The position numbers were made by a program, and so were the translations under genes. From Acidiferrobacterales bacterium (GTDB lineage: Bacteria > Pseudomonadota > Gammaproteobacteria > Acidiferrobacterales > SPGG2): a stretch of 54,445 nucleotides of DNA. Each line of letters begins with the position of its first letter. Position 1 is the stretch's first letter. The stretch lies in assembly GCA_046758085.1 (NCBI GenBank), contig JBHHZP010000003.1, positions 1 to 54,445 on the forward strand. Reading direction: 5' to 3'. The notes under the pieces were generated by a model. The model saw only the letters and a list, made by a program, of their open reading frames with translations. It ran no database searches and was not told where the DNA came from. Of the stretch, positions 22,376 through 35,244 are shown piece after piece.

Positions 22376-24269
22376 CGAGATTTGGTTTCACGCGCGGCTT
22401 ACGACTCGGTTTTTTCGGTTTGGGCCCGGCCTCGCCGCGCGAGCCGCCGCTGTCCACGTCTTCCGGCGGGCGCGGCTTCTTGCCGGCCATGATGTCGTCG
22501 ATCTGCCCCGCGTCGAGGGTCTCCCATTCCAGCAGCGAGCGCGCCATCATTTCAACCATATCGTGCTTGTCCTCGATGATCTTGCGCGCGCGTGTATACT
22601 GCTCATCAACAATACGCCGGATTTCCCGGTCCACCATTTCTGCGGTCGCATCACTCAGGTTCTTATGCGTAATCATGTCGCGTCCGAGAAACACTTCGTG
22701 CTCCCCTTCACCATAGACGCGCGTCCCCAGTATATCGCTCATGCCCCAACGGGTGACCATGTTGCGCGCAATATCCGTGGCTCGCTCAAAGTCATTCGCC
22801 GCACCGGTGGTCATTTGCTTCATGAACACCTCCTCGGCGATGCGCCCGCCCATCAGGACCGCGATGGTCGACAACAACGACTCACGGTCGTGGCTGTAAC
22901 GGTCTTCCTCCGGTAACTGCATGGTCACACCCAAAGCCCGGCCACGCGGGATGATTGTCACCTTGTGCACAGGATCGGTATTGGGCAGCGTCTTCGCCAC
23001 CACGGTGTGCCCGGATTCATGGTATGCCGTATTCATGCGCTCCTTCTCCGGCATCACAATGGAGCGGCGCTCCGCGCCCATGATCACTTTATCCTTCGCC
23101 CGTTCAAAGTCTTCCATATCCACCAGGCGCTTGTTCGCACGAGCGGCGAACAGTGCCGCTTCATTCACCAGGTTCGCAAGGTCGGCGCCGGAAAAACCCG
23201 GCGTCGCGCGCGCAAGGATGCTGGGCACCACGTCTTCAGCCAGTGGAACATTGCGCATGTGTACCTTCAGAATCAACTCGCGTCCACGAATATCCGGCAG
23301 CGGCACCACGACCTGGCGGTCGAACCGCCCCGGGCGTAACAGCGCCGGGTCCAGCACATCCGGGCGGTTGGTCGCGGCTATCACGATCACGCCTTCCGTT
23401 CCTTCAAACCCGTCCATTTCCACGAGCAGCTGATTCAAGGTCTGCTCACGTTCGTCGTGCCCACCGCCGAGGCCGGCACCGCGCTGGCGCCCCACGGCAT
23501 CGATTTCGTCGATGAATATAATGCACGGTGCGTGCTTCTTGGCCTGGTCGAACATATCGCGCACACGCGAGGCGCCGACGCCGACAAACATCTCGACGAA
23601 GTCCGATCCGGAAATGGTGAAGAACGGTACCTTGGCCTCCCCGGCAATGGCCTTTGCGAGCAAGGTCTTGCCGGTGCCGGGGGCCCCGGTCATCAGCACG
23701 CCCTTGGGAATGCGCCCACCGAGCTTTTGAAATTTCGCCGGGTCACGCAGGAACTCCACCAGCTCTTGCACCTCTTCCTTGGCCTCTTCCACGCCCGCCA
23801 CGTCGTCAAAGGTGGTCTTATTCTGCTCCTCGGTGAGCATGCGTGCCTTGCTTTTGCCGAAGCTCATAGCACCGCGGCCACCGACCCCACCTTGCATCTG
23901 GCGCATGAAAAAGATCCATACCCCGATCAGGAGCAACAGCGGAAACCAATTAATGAAGATTGTCAACAACAATGACTGCTCGTCCTGAGGCCTTGCGTCG
24001 ATGGCAACGCCATGCTCGAGTAAATCACCAATCAGGCCCGGGTCGGGCGGCGCATAAGTCTTGAACTTCCCGCCACTCTTCAATGTCCCGCTAATATTCC
24101 GGCCCTGGATAGTCACTTTGTCGATCTGGCCATCCTTGACCTTGGAGATGAACTGGGAGTACTGCATCGCGCTGGCCTGCGGCTGCCGGGGGCCGAAATT
24201 GTTAAATACCGACATCAGCACGACAGCGATGACGAGCCAAAGCAGAAGATTCTTGGTGAGATTGTTCAA
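22353..24269 (-). CDS. ftsH: ATP-dependent zinc metalloprotease FtsH
   Basis: Two N-terminal TM segments, Walker [37 protein letters not shown]. Confidence 0.98.
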   Translation of the reverse strand: MNNLTKNLLLWLVIAVVLMSVFNNFGPRQPQASAMQYSQFISKVKDGQIDKVTIQGRNISGTLKSGGKFKTYAPPDPGLIGDLLEHGVAIDARPQDEQSLLLTIFINWFPLLLLIGVWIFFMRQMQGGVGGRGAMSFGKSKARMLTEEQNKTTFDDVAGVEEAKEEVQELVEFLRDPAKFQKLGGRIPKGVLMTGAPGTGKTLLAKAIAGEAKVPFFTISGSDFVEMFVGVGASRVRDMFDQAKKHAPCIIFIDEIDAVGRQRGAGLGGGHDEREQTLNQLLVEMDGFEGTEGVIVIAATNRPDVLDPALLRPGRFDRQVVVPLPDIRGRELILKVHMRNVPLAEDVVPSILARATPGFSGADLANLVNEAALFAARANKRLVDMEDFERAKDKVIMGAERRSIVMPEKERMNTAYHESGHTVVAKTLPNTDPVHKVTIIPRGRALGVTMQLPEEDRYSHDRESLLSTIAVLMGGRIAEEVFMKQMTTGAANDFERATDIARNMVTRWGMSDILGTRVYGEGEHEVFLGRDMITHKNLSDATAEMVDREIRRIVDEQYTRARKIIEDKHDMVEMMARSLLEWETLDAGQIDDIMAGKKPRPPEDVDSGGSRGEAGPKPKKPSRKPRVKPNLGDPAGEH

Positions 24270-24370
24270 GTTTTCCCTCTCAGAAGGTGGTTCGCTGGGA
24301 ATGAAGACTCAGCGCAGCAGGCTGTCGTTTAGACCCACGCCGTCAGCTTCGTTCCATTTTGCTACGACCG

Positions 24371-25030
24371 TCACCGTGTGACAACCGCGGATTTTGTATG
24401 ACTCTGTGAGCTATCTTGAAAGCCGTTTCCAAGCAAATAGACCTCTCGGCTACGCGGACGCGATGCCTGCGGCTTGCAGATTACGACCCGCTCGAAGTGT
24501 CGGCCCATCGCCTCGCGTAACTCGGCGAACCCTTCACCCTGGAAAATCTTCAACAGCAGTTGACCGCCCGGCGTAAGCACGGCCGCGGCAAACTCGAGCG
24601 CCCGACCCGCGAGCTCGATGGACCTGGCCTGGTCAGAGACCCGCTCACCACTAATATTGGGGGCCATGTCCGAAATCACAAGATCTACCGGGCGTCCTGA
24701 CAGCCGCTCTAATACCAAGTCTAGCACCACACGATCAGCAATATCACCGTGAACAAACTCCACCCCGGCCGGTGGCGTCATTGCCAGCACATCCAGCGCC
24801 AGCACCCGGCCGCGCGCCCCCACCTTCTGCCGTGCGTACTGCGACCACCCCCCGGGCGCAGCGCCCAGATCCACCACCGTCTGGCCCGGGTGTAAGATGC
24901 GATAGCGGCTATCGATCTCCTCGAGCTTGTAAACGGCGCGCGTGCGATAGCCCTCCTTCTGCGCACGTTTAACGAAGGGGTCTCGCGTGTGCTCGCGCAA
25001 CCAGCCCTTATTACGCCGCCTGCGGGTCAT
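24371..25030 (-). CDS. rlmE: 23S rRNA Um2552 methyltransferase RlmE
   Basis: YRTRAVYKL, VDLGAAPGGWSQ, VISDMAPN, KPQASRPRSREVY. Confidence 0.96.
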   Translation of the reverse strand: MTRRRRNKGWLREHTRDPFVKRAQKEGYRTRAVYKLEEIDSRYRILHPGQTVVDLGAAPGGWSQYARQKVGARGRVLALDVLAMTPPAGVEFVHGDIADRVVLDLVLERLSGRPVDLVISDMAPNISGERVSDQARSIELAGRALEFAAAVLTPGGQLLLKIFQGEGFAELREAMGRHFERVVICKPQASRPRSREVYLLGNGFQDSSQSHTKSAVVTR

Positions 25031-25170
25031 CCGTGGCTAAACCGCCGTGCGCCGTACTTAAAACTCCCGCCGGCATGATGGCATATATCGAACTGTGCGG
25101 GTATTTCTCCCGTTTCTGTGCTAAATGCGACGCCCATGAACAGCGGCATACGCACGCGTACCATACCCGC

Positions 25171-25683
25171 TTATGTGCTCAGTGTACGGCCCGGCGCGCG
25201 GGCGCGCGCGCCAAAAATTACCAGCCCCAATCCAAGCACGCTGTTTATGATAAAAACCGCGCGCGCAAGGAAATGCAACACGATGAAGCGGGTGTGCCCA
25301 CCTGCCCGCGGTTGCGCTGCGTCAGTGTCTGAGACCTGCAGATCCTGGATCAAAGGGATTAGCACAAACTCGCCCACGACGATCAGCGCCAGCATCGCCC
25401 CCAGCAGCCAGGCGCGCCATTGCCATAACCAGCGATGTCCCGCCTGCCACAGCGCCAGGCCCACCAGTGCGAGCCCACACACAAGCCCCACGCGATCGAG
25501 TGCACTGAACATTGCCCCGGCAACGGTGCCAGCGAGCTGGCGGTTTTCGAGTAAATTGAACAGCAGCGGCGCGATCAGGTAACCGCCGATCCACATCCCG
25601 CCTACCCACAGCGCAATCAAGGTACGCTCAACGGCATCAGCGACGTTGGATATCTGAGCGGCGCGGGGCGGGCTATTGCGCAT
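25171..25683 (-). CDS. DUF4149-like membrane protein
   Basis: LWVGGMWIGGYLIAPLLF...AGTVAGAMF...FIVLH; four hydrophobic segments; usual position after greA. Confidence 0.75.
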   Translation of the reverse strand: MRNSPPRAAQISNVADAVERTLIALWVGGMWIGGYLIAPLLFNLLENRQLAGTVAGAMFSALDRVGLVCGLALVGLALWQAGHRWLWQWRAWLLGAMLALIVVGEFVLIPLIQDLQVSDTDAAQPRAGGHTRFIVLHFLARAVFIINSVLGLGLVIFGARARAPGRTLST

Positions 25684-25820
25684 CGGGTACTAGAGGTGTG
25701 CGGCCACAATCGGGAGGCCGGGCCGCCTGGTTCTCGCTTTTAACACAATGCGGTTTCCGGCTTGCTCCATTTTTCAACGCCTTAACAGCCTTAGAAAAAT
25801 ACCGGGCCATCCCTGTAGCG

Positions 25821-25863
25821 CTAACAGGTGGTCGAAAAACAGAGTTTTTCGACCACCTGTTAG
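25821..25863. repeat. Perfect 20-bp inverted repeat overlapping the greA stop (terminator or minimal MITE)
   Basis: CTAACAGGTGGTCGAAAAAC-AGA-GTTTTTCGACCACCTGTTAG. Confidence 0.85.
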
Positions 25864-26336
25864 ACGTACCGCACGTCCAGGATCTCATAGGAACGCGTAC
25901 CGTCCGGGACCTCGACATCTACCACGTCTCCCTCTTCCTTGCCGATAAGCGCTCGCGCGATCGGCGAGCTGATGGAGATTTTTCCCTCGGCAATGTCGGC
26001 TTCAAGATCACCGACAATTTGATAGGTCACCTCCTGTTCGCCGTGCGCGTCCAGCAGTACCAGCGTCGCGCCAAACACGACGCGCCCCTGAGTATCGAGT
26101 GTCGCGGGATCAATGATCTGCGCCGTCGCGAGCATCGATTCAAGCTCCGCGATACGGCCTTCGATGAAGCTTTGTTGCTCCTTGGCAGCATGAAACTCCG
26201 CGTTTTCCGAAATATCCCCGTGCGAGCGTGCCTCAGCGATCTCCTGGATGATGTGCCGGCGCTTCACCGTCTTAAGGTGAATCAACTGCGCCCTGAGCTT
26301 TTTCGCGCCGTCTGCCGTAATGGGCACTTTATTCAT
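25860..26336 (-). CDS. greA: Transcription elongation factor GreA
   Basis: [34 protein letters not shown]. Confidence 0.97.
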   Translation of the reverse strand: MNKVPITADGAKKLRAQLIHLKTVKRRHIIQEIAEARSHGDISENAEFHAAKEQQSFIEGRIAELESMLATAQIIDPATLDTQGRVVFGATLVLLDAHGEQEVTYQIVGDLEADIAEGKISISSPIARALIGKEEGDVVDVEVPDGTRSYEILDVRYV

Positions 26337-29300
26337 CAGTTCGTTCCCCTGTGCAGATCCTGCAGACGATTGATATTAACGCCATTACCATGGTGATGCG
26401 CCTCACGGGCCGCACGCGCGGCCGAGAGCGTCGTATAGTTGGTCACCCGGTGTTGCAGGGCCTCCCGGCGGATCGCGTAGGAGTCCTCCAGGCTTTGCTT
26501 GTCCGAAGTCGTGTTAACGATAATATCAATCTCATCGTTCATAATCATATCAACGATGTGCGGTCGCCCCTCGGACACCTTATTGACGGGTTTGACCGGG
26601 ACGCCCGCCGCCTCCAACACGGCGGCAGTTCCATGAGTCGCCAGGATCTCGAAGCCCTGTTCATCGAAGTATCTGGCGACATCGATCGCGCGTTTCTGAT
26701 CGGCGTCCCGCACACTGATGAACATGCGCCCTTTGTGCGGGATTCCCCAGCCGGCCGCGGCCTGTGACTTCGCGAATGCCTCGCCGAAGCTGCGACCGAT
26801 ACCCATCACCTCTCCCGTGGATTTCATCTCGGGACCAAGCACGGTGTCGACGCCGGGGAACTTAATAAAGGGGAACACCGCCTCCTTTACAGAAAAATAA
26901 GGGGGTACGATTTCAGCTGTAATCCCTTGCTCGTCCAGGGTCCGGCAGATCATACAACGTGCCCCGATCTTGGCAAGCGCCCGCCCCGTGGCTTTTGAGA
27001 CGTAGGGCACCGTACGAGAAGCCCGCGGGTTCACTTCCAACACGTATATGTCGTCATCCTTGATGGCAAACTGGATGTTCATCAACCCGATCACTTTGAG
27101 CGCTTGTGCAAGCTGACGCGTCTGCACACGCAGCTGATCCTGGATCTTCTTGGAGAGACTAAAGGGGGGAAGCGAGCACGCGGAATCACCGGAATGCACA
27201 CCGGCTTCCTCAATGTGCTCCATGATCCCGCCCACGATCACGCGCGTGCCATCGCTGACTGCGTCCACATCGACTTCGATGGCATCGGCCAGATACTTGT
27301 CCAGCAGCACCGGCGCATCTTGCGACACACTCACCGCCATGCGCATGTAGGTCTCCAGATCATCACGACTGTGCACGATTTCCATGGCCCGTCCGCCCAG
27401 AACATAGGATGGCCTGACGACCAGTGGATAGCCGATTTTCTGTGCCAGTGTAACGGCTTGCTTCAGTGTTCGCGCCGTCGCGTTCGGCGGCTGTCGCAAG
27501 TCGAGGCGCCGTAACAGACGCTGAAAACGTTCTCGGTCTTCGGCCAGGTCAATGGAATCCGGGCTTGTACCGATGATGGGAACGTGCGCACTCGCGAGCC
27601 CGCGGGCAAGTTTCAACGGCGTTTGACCACCATACTGCACGATGACCCCCGTCGGTTGCTCCACGTGGATAATCTCGAGCACGTCCTCGAGTGTGAGCGG
27701 CTCGAAGTACAATCGGTCAGAAGTATCGTAATCGGTGGATACCGTCTCCGGGTTACAGTTGACCATAATGGTCTGAAATCCCTCCTCGCGCATGGCGAGT
27801 GCGGCGTGGACACAACAGTAATCGAACTCGATTCCCTGGCCAATGCGGTTGGGTCCGCTGCCGAGCACCATAATTTTGCCCCACGCATCGGGATGCGCCT
27901 CGCACTCGTCTTCGTAGGTCGAGTACATATACGCCGTTGTCGCTTCGAACTCCGCCGCACAGGAGTCCACGCGCTTGAAAACGGGGTGTACCCCCAGGGC
28001 ATGGCGCTCCTTGCGAAACTTCTCCTCGGTGGTGCCCAAAAGCTGCGCCAGGCGCCGGTCGGAGAACCCCTTACGCTTCCAGTCCCGTACGAGCTTGCGC
28101 GTGCGCTTGCGAGCGCCTCGACGGGCAATGCCTTTCTCCAGTTCGACGAGCTCCTCGATCTGTGCGAGAAACCAGCGGTCGATTCGCGTCAGCGCGTAGA
28201 TGCGATCGAGCGCGAAGCCGAAGCGAAAGGCATCGGCGATATACCAAATCCGCTCGGCGCCCGGTACCCGCAGCTCCTGCACAAGCCGGGTCTCCGCTTC
28301 CTCCGCATTGCCCGCGGATTCGAGCCTCGGCTCGAACCCGTAGCTGTCGGTCTCGAGGCTGCGCAACGCCTTTTGCAAGGACTCTTGAAACGTGCGCCCG
28401 ATGGCCATAGCCTCACCGACCGATTTCATTTGCGTGGTCAAGTGTGGGTTGGCCTTGGGGAATTTTTCGAAGGTAAAACGCGGTACCTTGGTGACGACGT
28501 AGTCGATGGTCGGCTCGAACGATGCCGGAGTAACGCCACCGGTAATGTCGTTTTTAAGCTCGTCCAGCGTGTAGCCCACAGCGAGCTTGGCTGCGATCTT
28601 GGCGATTGGAAAACCGGTGGCCTTCGAAGCGAGTGCGGAGGAGCGCGATACGCGGGGGTTCATCTCGATAATAACCATCCGCCCGTTCTCGGGACTGACC
28701 GCAAACTGCACGTTCGACCCACCAGTATCGACGCCAATCTCGCGCAAACAGGCGAGGCTCGCGTTGCGCATTAGCTGATATTCTTTATCGGTCAGGGTCT
28801 GCGCCGGCGCAACCGTGATCGAATCACCAGTATGAATTCCCATGGGATCGAAGTTTTCAATGGAGCAGACGATGATGCAGTTATCGTTGCGATCGCGGAT
28901 AACTTCCATCTCGTATTCTTTCCAACCGAGAATCGACTCTTCAATGAGAAGCTCCGACGTGGGCGATGCCTCCATTCCGCGCTGGCAAATCTTCACGAAC
29001 TCTTCTTTGTTGTATGCCACGCCACCGCCACTTCCCCCGAGCGTAAACGATGGTCGTATGATCACCGGAAACCCGATCATGGCCTGGACCTGTTGTGCCG
29101 CCTCGAGGCTGTGGGCGATGGCTCCACGGACCGTTTTCAGACCGATCGATTGCATCGCTTGCTTGAACAGCTCACGATCCTCGGCCTTGTCGATCGCAAC
29201 GCGTGTGGCGCCGATCATTTCCACACCATAGTGCTGCAGCACCCCTTCGCGGTCCAGATCGAGCGCGCAATTCAAGCCCGTTTGGCCACCCATCGTTGGA

Positions 29301-29560
29301 AGCAACACATCGGGCCTATCCTTGGCGATAATCTCGGCGACCGTTTGCCAGTCAACCGGCTCGATATAGGTCGCGTCCGCCACGTTCGGATCGGTCATAA
29401 TGGTGGCCGGATTGGAGTTGACCAGAATCACCCGATAACCTTCGTCTTTCAGCGCCTTGCACGCCTGCGCACCCGAGTAGTCAAACTCGCATGCCTGACC
29501 GATGATGATGGGGCCAGCACCGATGATCAGGATGCTCTTGATATCCGTGCGTTTTGGCAT
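26336..29560 (-). CDS. carB: Carbamoyl-phosphate synthase large subunit
   Basis: [30 protein letters not shown]; duplicated ATP-grasp domains; 1074 aa. Confidence 0.98.
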   Translation of the reverse strand: MPKRTDIKSILIIGAGPIIIGQACEFDYSGAQACKALKDEGYRVILVNSNPATIMTDPNVADATYIEPVDWQTVAEIIAKDRPDVLLPTMGGQTGLNCALDLDREGVLQHYGVEMIGATRVAIDKAEDRELFKQAMQSIGLKTVRGAIAHSLEAAQQVQAMIGFPVIIRPSFTLGGSGGGVAYNKEEFVKICQRGMEASPTSELLIEESILGWKEYEMEVIRDRNDNCIIVCSIENFDPMGIHTGDSITVAPAQTLTDKEYQLMRNASLACLREIGVDTGGSNVQFAVSPENGRMVIIEMNPRVSRSSALASKATGFPIAKIAAKLAVGYTLDELKNDITGGVTPASFEPTIDYVVTKVPRFTFEKFPKANPHLTTQMKSVGEAMAIGRTFQESLQKALRSLETDSYGFEPRLESAGNAEEAETRLVQELRVPGAERIWYIADAFRFGFALDRIYALTRIDRWFLAQIEELVELEKGIARRGARKRTRKLVRDWKRKGFSDRRLAQLLGTTEEKFRKERHALGVHPVFKRVDSCAAEFEATTAYMYSTYEDECEAHPDAWGKIMVLGSGPNRIGQGIEFDYCCVHAALAMREEGFQTIMVNCNPETVSTDYDTSDRLYFEPLTLEDVLEIIHVEQPTGVIVQYGGQTPLKLARGLASAHVPIIGTSPDSIDLAEDRERFQRLLRRLDLRQPPNATARTLKQAVTLAQKIGYPLVVRPSYVLGGRAMEIVHSRDDLETYMRMAVSVSQDAPVLLDKYLADAIEVDVDAVSDGTRVIVGGIMEHIEEAGVHSGDSACSLPPFSLSKKIQDQLRVQTRQLAQALKVIGLMNIQFAIKDDDIYVLEVNPRASRTVPYVSKATGRALAKIGARCMICRTLDEQGITAEIVPPYFSVKEAVFPFIKFPGVDTVLGPEMKSTGEVMGIGRSFGEAFAKSQAAAGWGIPHKGRMFISVRDADQKRAIDVARYFDEQGFEILATHGTAAVLEAAGVPVKPVNKVSEGRPHIVDMIMNDEIDIIVNTTSDKQSLEDSYAIRREALQHRVTNYTTLSAARAAREAHHHGNGVNINRLQDLHRGTN

Positions 29561-29565
29561 AATTT

Positions 29566-29642
29566 CAGTTGCGAGTATCGAGTAGCGAGATAAATCTCAA
29601 GTGGATGCTGTGCTGTTTCGCTGTACTCGCCACTCGTTACTC
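29566..29642. repeat. Inverted pair of heptamer arrays (carA/carB junction)
   Basis: Left arm CAGTTGC GAGTATC GAGTAGC GAG (29566-29589). Right arm TGTACTC GCCACTC GTTACTC (29622-29642) lies inside the carA 3' end. Confidence 0.8.
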
Positions 29643-30781
29643 ACGGCGTGGTTTTTCTGCATCAATTCAATGAATCGGTCGAAGATCGCGCTGATGTCCT
29701 GCGGTCCGGGGCTCGCCTCCGGGTGACCTTGAAATGAAAAAGCAGGCCGGTCCGTGCACGCAAGGCCCTGTATCGAGCCATCGAACAGTGAGCGATGTGT
29801 GACTCTCAGCGACTTCGGTAGCGCGCTGTCGTCCACGGCAAACCCGTGATTCTGGCTGGTAATCATGACCCGCCCGGAGTCGAGCTCGAGCACCGGATGA
29901 TTTGCGCCATGATGGCCGAACTTCATCTTCACCGTCTTGCCCCCCGCTGCCAGCGCGAGCAGCTGATGCCCGAGACAGATACCAAAGATCGGCGCCTTCC
30001 TTTCTAACAATGTCTTGATCGCATCGATCGCGTAGCCGCACGGCTCCGGGTCACCGGGCCCGTTGGACAGAAACACCCCGTCAGGATTTAGAGCGAGCAC
30101 GTCGTGCGCGGTCGTACGCGCAGGCACGACGGTCACCGCGCAACCGCGATCGGCTAACATGCGCAGGATGTTTCGCTTGATCCCGAAATCGTAAGCCATG
30201 ACTCGAAATCGCAGTGGCGCAGGCTCGCCATAACCGCTTCCGAGGGCCCAGCCGCCTGCACTCCAGGCGTAGGACTTCTTGACGCTGACGACCTTGGCGA
30301 GATCCATCCCCTGGAGTCCGGCAAAACCGCGGGCTGCTCGCACTGCCGCTTTCTTGTCGAGGCGGGCGCGCGGTGCGGCCGCCACGATGCAGCCATTTTG
30401 CACTCCTTTTTCGCGTAACAACCGCGTGAGCTTACGTGTGTCTATATCGGCAATGGCCACGACCTGGCGTTTGCCTAAGAACGTCGGCAAATCATGCTCA
30501 GCGCGCCAGTTACTCATTACGGAAGGCAGTTCTCGAATAACGAGACCCGCCGCGTACACACGTGCGGACTCCATGTCCTCGCTGTTCGCTCCGGTGTTAC
30601 CGATGTGCGGGTAAGTCAGGGTGACGATCTGTCTGGCGTAAGAGGGGTCCGTCAGGATCTCCTGATAACCCGTCATAGCGGTGTTGAACACCACCTCACC
30701 AACCGCCTGCCCGGGGACACCGATGGAGCGCCCGCTGAACACCGATCCGTCCTCGAGCGCAAGTACGGCGGACTGTGTCAA
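29597..30781 (-). CDS. carA: Carbamoyl-phosphate synthase small subunit
   Basis: [46 protein letters not shown]. Probable TTG start at 30781. Confidence 0.97.
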   Translation of the reverse strand: MTQSAVLALEDGSVFSGRSIGVPGQAVGEVVFNTAMTGYQEILTDPSYARQIVTLTYPHIGNTGANSEDMESARVYAAGLVIRELPSVMSNWRAEHDLPTFLGKRQVVAIADIDTRKLTRLLREKGVQNGCIVAAAPRARLDKKAAVRAARGFAGLQGMDLAKVVSVKKSYAWSAGGWALGSGYGEPAPLRFRVMAYDFGIKRNILRMLADRGCAVTVVPARTTAHDVLALNPDGVFLSNGPGDPEPCGYAIDAIKTLLERKAPIFGICLGHQLLALAAGGKTVKMKFGHHGANHPVLELDSGRVMITSQNHGFAVDDSALPKSLRVTHRSLFDGSIQGLACTDRPAFSFQGHPEASPGPQDISAIFDRFIELMQKNHAVSNEWRVQRNSTAST

Positions 30782-30835
30782 CCGTTTATTTCCCAAGTAA
30801 ACCTGCCTGCCAACAGAAACAAAAGGGGGCACATA

Positions 30836-30870
30836 CAAAAGCGGGAGATGCGCATCGCGTCTCCCGCTTC
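30836..30870 (-). terminator. Intrinsic terminator/attenuator in the carA leader
   Basis: Minus strand AAGCGGGAGACGCG-ATG-CGCATCTCCCGCTT followed by TTGTATG. Confidence 0.75.
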
Positions 30871-30913
30871 ATCAACATGCGTAGAAGAAAATCATGATAT
30901 TGGCCGGTGCGAA

Positions 30914-30942
30914 ATCTTACGTAACCGCTTACACAAAATCAA
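30914..30942 (-). promoter_or_regulatory. Putative sigma70 promoter for carAB
   Basis: Minus strand TTGATT-N17-TAAGAT; the -35 overlaps the dapB stop. Confidence 0.5.
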
Positions 30943-31736
30943 CGCAGAGCGAGCACGTCTTGCATGTCAAAGAGGCCTTTGTGCTGCTGCACAACCCAGC
31001 GGGCTGCACGCAGCGCCCCGTCAGCAAAAGCCAGGCGGCTCTGCGCCCGGTGTGTGATCTCCACGCGCTCCCCGGCACCTGCAAACATGACCGTGTGCTC
31101 ACCAACGATCTCTCCGGCACGCAGTACACTGAAACCTATCTGACCGCGAGGCCGCTCGCCGCTGAATCCCTGACGGCCATAAACCGCGCAGTCCTGGATG
31201 GTTCTGCCAAGGGCCTCGGCCACCACGTCGCCCATACGCAGCGCCGTGCCTGAAGGCGCATCGCGCTTGTGCCGGTGATGCGCCTCAATTACCTCAACAT
31301 CGAAGTCATCGCCGAGCACGCGGGCCGTCAGGTCCAGCAGCCGCAGACAAACGTTGACGCCCACACTCATATTGGGTGCAAACACGATGGCGATGTCGGC
31401 AGCGGCTTTGGCAATGTGCTCACGGCCGGCTTCGTCGAGGCCCGTAGTGCCGATGACCATTTTTCGACCGGCGCGGCAACAGATATCCACGTAGCCCCGG
31501 GTCGCATCAGGAGCCGAGAAATCGACCAGTACATCATAGGCCGCACCCCCATCGTCACCGCGCAATGTCACGTCGAGCTTGCCGACGCCGGCCAGCTCGC
31601 CCGCATCGGCGCCGAGGGCGGGACTGTGCGCGCTCTCCAGCGCGGCCGCAACTCGAATATCTCCAGAATCGGCGGCGGCCTTGATGACAGTGCGGCCCAT
31701 CCTTCCGGCAGCGCCGGTAACAGCGATGGTCAACAT
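30939..31736 (-). CDS. dapB: 4-hydroxy-tetrahydrodipicolinate reductase
   Basis: [28 protein letters not shown]. Confidence 0.97.
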   Translation of the reverse strand: MLTIAVTGAAGRMGRTVIKAAADSGDIRVAAALESAHSPALGADAGELAGVGKLDVTLRGDDGGAAYDVLVDFSAPDATRGYVDICCRAGRKMVIGTTGLDEAGREHIAKAAADIAIVFAPNMSVGVNVCLRLLDLTARVLGDDFDVEVIEAHHRHKRDAPSGTALRMGDVVAEALGRTIQDCAVYGRQGFSGERPRGQIGFSVLRAGEIVGEHTVMFAGAGERVEITHRAQSRLAFADGALRAARWVVQQHKGLFDMQDVLALR

Positions 31737-31881
31737 GAATTCTCAGCGCTCACGTGTGAGGTTATCCTGCGCACAGAGCATAAAGGATTTGCCGTGCCGG
31801 CGCTAACACTCGCCCATACCCAAAGGCGGTGTGCACGCCCGCAGAGAGTATCGAGCAAACCGCTCACCGGCGCAGGCGGGT

Positions 31882-33015
31882 TCAGCTCGCTTTGCCGAAA
31901 AACGTCTTGAGCTTATCGAGCCACGACTGTTCCCGCGGGTTGTGCCGCGCGCCACCTTTGCGCGTCAGCTCATCAAACTCACGAAGCAGTGCCTTGTGCC
32001 GTTCGGTCAAATTGACCGGGGTTTCTACACTCACGCGGCAGTAGAGGTCGCCCAGGTGTCCGCTACGTACGTTTCTCACCCCTTTTCCGCGTAGCCGAAA
32101 CAGCTTTTCGCTCTGCGTACCGGCAGGAATCTTCAAATTGGCGCGCCCGTCCAGGGTGGGGATCTCCAGCTCCCCTCCGAGCGCGGCCGTCGTGAAGCTC
32201 ACGGGCATCTCGCAGTACAGGTCATCACCGTCACGCTTGAAGATGTCATGGGGTTTAATGCGGATCTCGACATAAAGATCCCCGTGTGGGCCCCCGTGCT
32301 CACCCGCCTCGCCTTCCCCTGCAAGTCGAATCTGGTCGCCCTCATCAACACCGCCGGGAACTTTCACAGAAAGCGTTTTGGTATGTTTGACCCGCCCCCG
32401 CCCCCGGCATTCCGGACATGGGTTCGTAATGACCTTGCCGCTACCGCGGCAGTTCGGACAGGTTTGCTGGATCGAGAAAAATCCCTGCTGCATGCGCACC
32501 TGACCGTGACCGCCACAGGTGTCGCAGGTCTGCGCAGTGGTGCCGGCTTTTGCCCCGCTCCCGCCACAGGCCGCACAGTTGTCCAGCACCGGCACCCGGA
32601 TCTGCACGGTGGTGCCGCTGACGGCCTGCTCCAGCGTCAGCGCAAGCCGGTAGCGCAGATCGGCGCCGCGACGTACCTGCGAGGCGCCACGTCTGGTGCC
32701 GCCGAAGATATCACCAAAGACATCGCTGAATATATCGGAAAAGCTGCTTGCATCACCGGCCCCGTAGAAGCCACCGGCACCCATCGAGGGATCTACACCG
32801 GCGTGGCCGAACTGATCGTAGGCCGCTCGTTTTTGCGCATCGGTCAGAATTTCGTACGCCTGCTGGGCCTCCTTGAATTGTTCCTCCGCGGCCCTGTCAC
32901 CGGGATTGCGATCGGGATGGTACTTCATCGCCAGCCTGCGATAGGCCTTCTTGATCTCAGCCTCCGAGGCATTGCGTGTCACCCCGAGAATTTCGTAGTA
33001 ATCCCTTTGCGACAT
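31882..33015 (-). CDS. dnaJ: Chaperone DnaJ
   Basis: J-domain HPD, G/F-rich region, four CxxCxGxG repeats. Start at MSQRDYY. Confidence 0.98.
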   Translation of the reverse strand: MSQRDYYEILGVTRNASEAEIKKAYRRLAMKYHPDRNPGDRAAEEQFKEAQQAYEILTDAQKRAAYDQFGHAGVDPSMGAGGFYGAGDASSFSDIFSDVFGDIFGGTRRGASQVRRGADLRYRLALTLEQAVSGTTVQIRVPVLDNCAACGGSGAKAGTTAQTCDTCGGHGQVRMQQGFFSIQQTCPNCRGSGKVITNPCPECRGRGRVKHTKTLSVKVPGGVDEGDQIRLAGEGEAGEHGGPHGDLYVEIRIKPHDIFKRDGDDLYCEMPVSFTTAALGGELEIPTLDGRANLKIPAGTQSEKLFRLRGKGVRNVRSGHLGDLYCRVSVETPVNLTERHKALLREFDELTRKGGARHNPREQSWLDKLKTFFGKAS

Positions 33016-33214
33016 CTCACTAGCGCTACCCAAGAATCCACAGAGATTTTAGCCTATGACACACGACGTGGCCGGCACGCGCGTGCGCGTGCCCGCCGCC
33101 TTCGGCGACGAGCTTAGACGCTTGCCGTCTCCGTGTGATCTGTAAGGTGCGCATCCACCCCACAGCAATCAGGCTTTATTACGAAGATGCTGAAAACAGT
33201 CTTTCAGCAGCCTG

Positions 33215-35158
33215 CTACTTTTTGCCTTTGCTCTCCTTCACTTCCTCGAACTCGGCGTCCACCACATTCTCTTCTTGCGCTGGCCCGGCGCCGGTATCGG
33301 CTGGCGCTTCCGCACCTGCCGCGGACTCGGCCCCGGCACCACCCTGCGCGTACATCTGCTCGGCCAGCTTGTGACTGGCCTCGGCCAGTGCCTGTGTCTT
33401 TTGCTGGATTGCGTCCTTGTCGTCTTCCTTGACAACCGCCTCCAGCTCTTTGATCGCCGACTCGATCTTGTCCTTTTCCGCGGCGTCGAGCTTCTCGCCC
33501 ATCTCCTGCACGGACTTGCGCACGCTGTGGATCATGGCTTCGGCCTGGTTGCGCGCATCCACCAGCTCGCGTGCTTTCTTGTCCTCCTCAGCGTGGGCCT
33601 CGGCATCTTGAACCATGCGGTTTATTTCATCTTCGCTCAGCCCTGAGCTGGACTTGATGACGATCTTGTTTTCCTTGCCCGTCGCCTTGTCCTTGGCCGA
33701 CACGTGCAGGATGCCGTTGGCGTCGATATCGAAGGTAACATCGATCTGTGGCACACCGCGCGGTGCGGGAGGAATATCGGTCAGATCGAACCTTCCCAAG
33801 GACTTGTTGCCTGCCGCGATCTCGCGCTCGCCTTGCAGCACGTGAACGGTCACGGCGGTCTGATTGTCGTCGGCGGTCGAGAAGATCTGGTTCGCCTTCG
33901 TCGGTATCGTCGTGTTCTTCTGGATCAGCTTGGTCATCACTCCGCCTAGAGTCTCGATGCCCAGCGACAGCGGCGTCACGTCGAGCAGCAGCACATCCTT
34001 GACATCACCACCCAGCACACCGCCCTGGATCGCGGCGCCAACCGCCACGGCCTCGTCCGGGTTCACGTCCTTGCGCGGCTCCTTGCCGAAGAAGTTCTTT
34101 ACCGCCTCCTGCACCTTGGGCATGCGCGTCTGCCCACCCACCAATATCACATCATCCACGTCGCTGGCCTTGAGGCCGGCGTCTTTCAGCGCGATCTTGC
34201 ATGGCTCGATCGTGCGTGCGATCAGATCCTCGACTAACGCCTCGAGCTTGGCGCGAGTTACCTTGATGTTCAGATGCTTTGGCCCGCTGGCGTCCGCGGT
34301 GATATAGGGAAGATTGACCTCGGTCTGCTGCGCCGAGGATAACTCGATCTTGGCTTTCTCGGCCGCGTCCTTCAGGCGCTGCAACGCCAGCGGATCGTTG
34401 TGCAGATCGATCCCATTGTCCTTTTTGAACTCGTCCGCCAGATAATCGATCAGGCGCCGGTCGAAATCCTCACCGCCGAGGAAGGTGTCGCCGTTCGTGG
34501 ACAGCACTTCAAACTGGTGCTCACCATCAACACTGGCAATCTCGATGATAGAGATGTCAAAGGTCCCCCCGCCGAGGTCATAGACAGCTATCTTGCGATC
34601 GCCTTCCTTTTTGTCCAGACCAAAAGCCAGCGCCGCGGCCGTTGGCTCATTGATAATACGTTTTACATCGAGCCCGGCAATTCGTCCGGCGTCTTTGGTT
34701 GCCTGGCGCTGCGAATCGTTAAAGTAGGCCGGTACGGTAATCACGGCCTCCTTGATCTCTTCACCGACGTAATCCTCCGCCGTTTTCTTCATCTTCTGAA
34801 GCACGCGCGCCGAGACCTCCGGCGGCGCCATCTGCTTACCCTTGACCTCCACCCAGGCATCACCATTTTTTGCCTTGACGATCTTATAGGGCATTAACTT
34901 GATGTCGCGCTGCACCACTTCTTCATCAAACCGGCGTCCGATTAGCCGCTTCGTTGCGAATACGGTGTTATGAGGATTGGTGATCGCCTGGCGTTTTGCG
35001 GCTGCCCCGACGAGAACCTCGCCTTCGTCGGTGTAGGCGACAACTGAAGGTGTCGTGCGATCTCCTTCGCTGTTCTCGATCACCCGGGCCTTGCCGCTCT
35101 CCATCAATGCGACACACGAGTTGGTGGTGCCTAGGTCAATGCCGATAATCTTCGCCAT
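33215..35158 (-). CDS. dnaK: Chaperone DnaK
   Basis: [38 protein letters not shown]-terminal DAEFEEV. Confidence 0.99.
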   Translation of the reverse strand: MAKIIGIDLGTTNSCVALMESGKARVIENSEGDRTTPSVVAYTDEGEVLVGAAAKRQAITNPHNTVFATKRLIGRRFDEEVVQRDIKLMPYKIVKAKNGDAWVEVKGKQMAPPEVSARVLQKMKKTAEDYVGEEIKEAVITVPAYFNDSQRQATKDAGRIAGLDVKRIINEPTAAALAFGLDKKEGDRKIAVYDLGGGTFDISIIEIASVDGEHQFEVLSTNGDTFLGGEDFDRRLIDYLADEFKKDNGIDLHNDPLALQRLKDAAEKAKIELSSAQQTEVNLPYITADASGPKHLNIKVTRAKLEALVEDLIARTIEPCKIALKDAGLKASDVDDVILVGGQTRMPKVQEAVKNFFGKEPRKDVNPDEAVAVGAAIQGGVLGGDVKDVLLLDVTPLSLGIETLGGVMTKLIQKNTTIPTKANQIFSTADDNQTAVTVHVLQGEREIAAGNKSLGRFDLTDIPPAPRGVPQIDVTFDIDANGILHVSAKDKATGKENKIVIKSSSGLSEDEINRMVQDAEAHAEEDKKARELVDARNQAEAMIHSVRKSVQEMGEKLDAAEKDKIESAIKELEAVVKEDDKDAIQQKTQALAEASHKLAEQMYAQGGAGAESAAGAEAPADTGAGPAQEENVVDAEFEEVKESKGKK

Positions 35159-35217
35159 GGTTCTTTTCCTCTGGATTTCGAGGTCTGTACCTCGATTAAA
35201 TTAGCACTATCAAATGA

Positions 35218-35244
35218 CATGAGGCCCGATTTGGGCATTTCAAG
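35218..35244 (-). promoter_or_regulatory. Putative sigma32 promoter for dnaK
   Basis: Minus strand CTTGAA-N14-CCTCATG, overlapping the grpE stop. Confidence 0.7.

Noticed and set aside
35201-35227. Full CIRCE upstream of dnaK
   Set aside because: Only the left half-site TTAGCACT is present; the right half does not match GAGTGCTAA.
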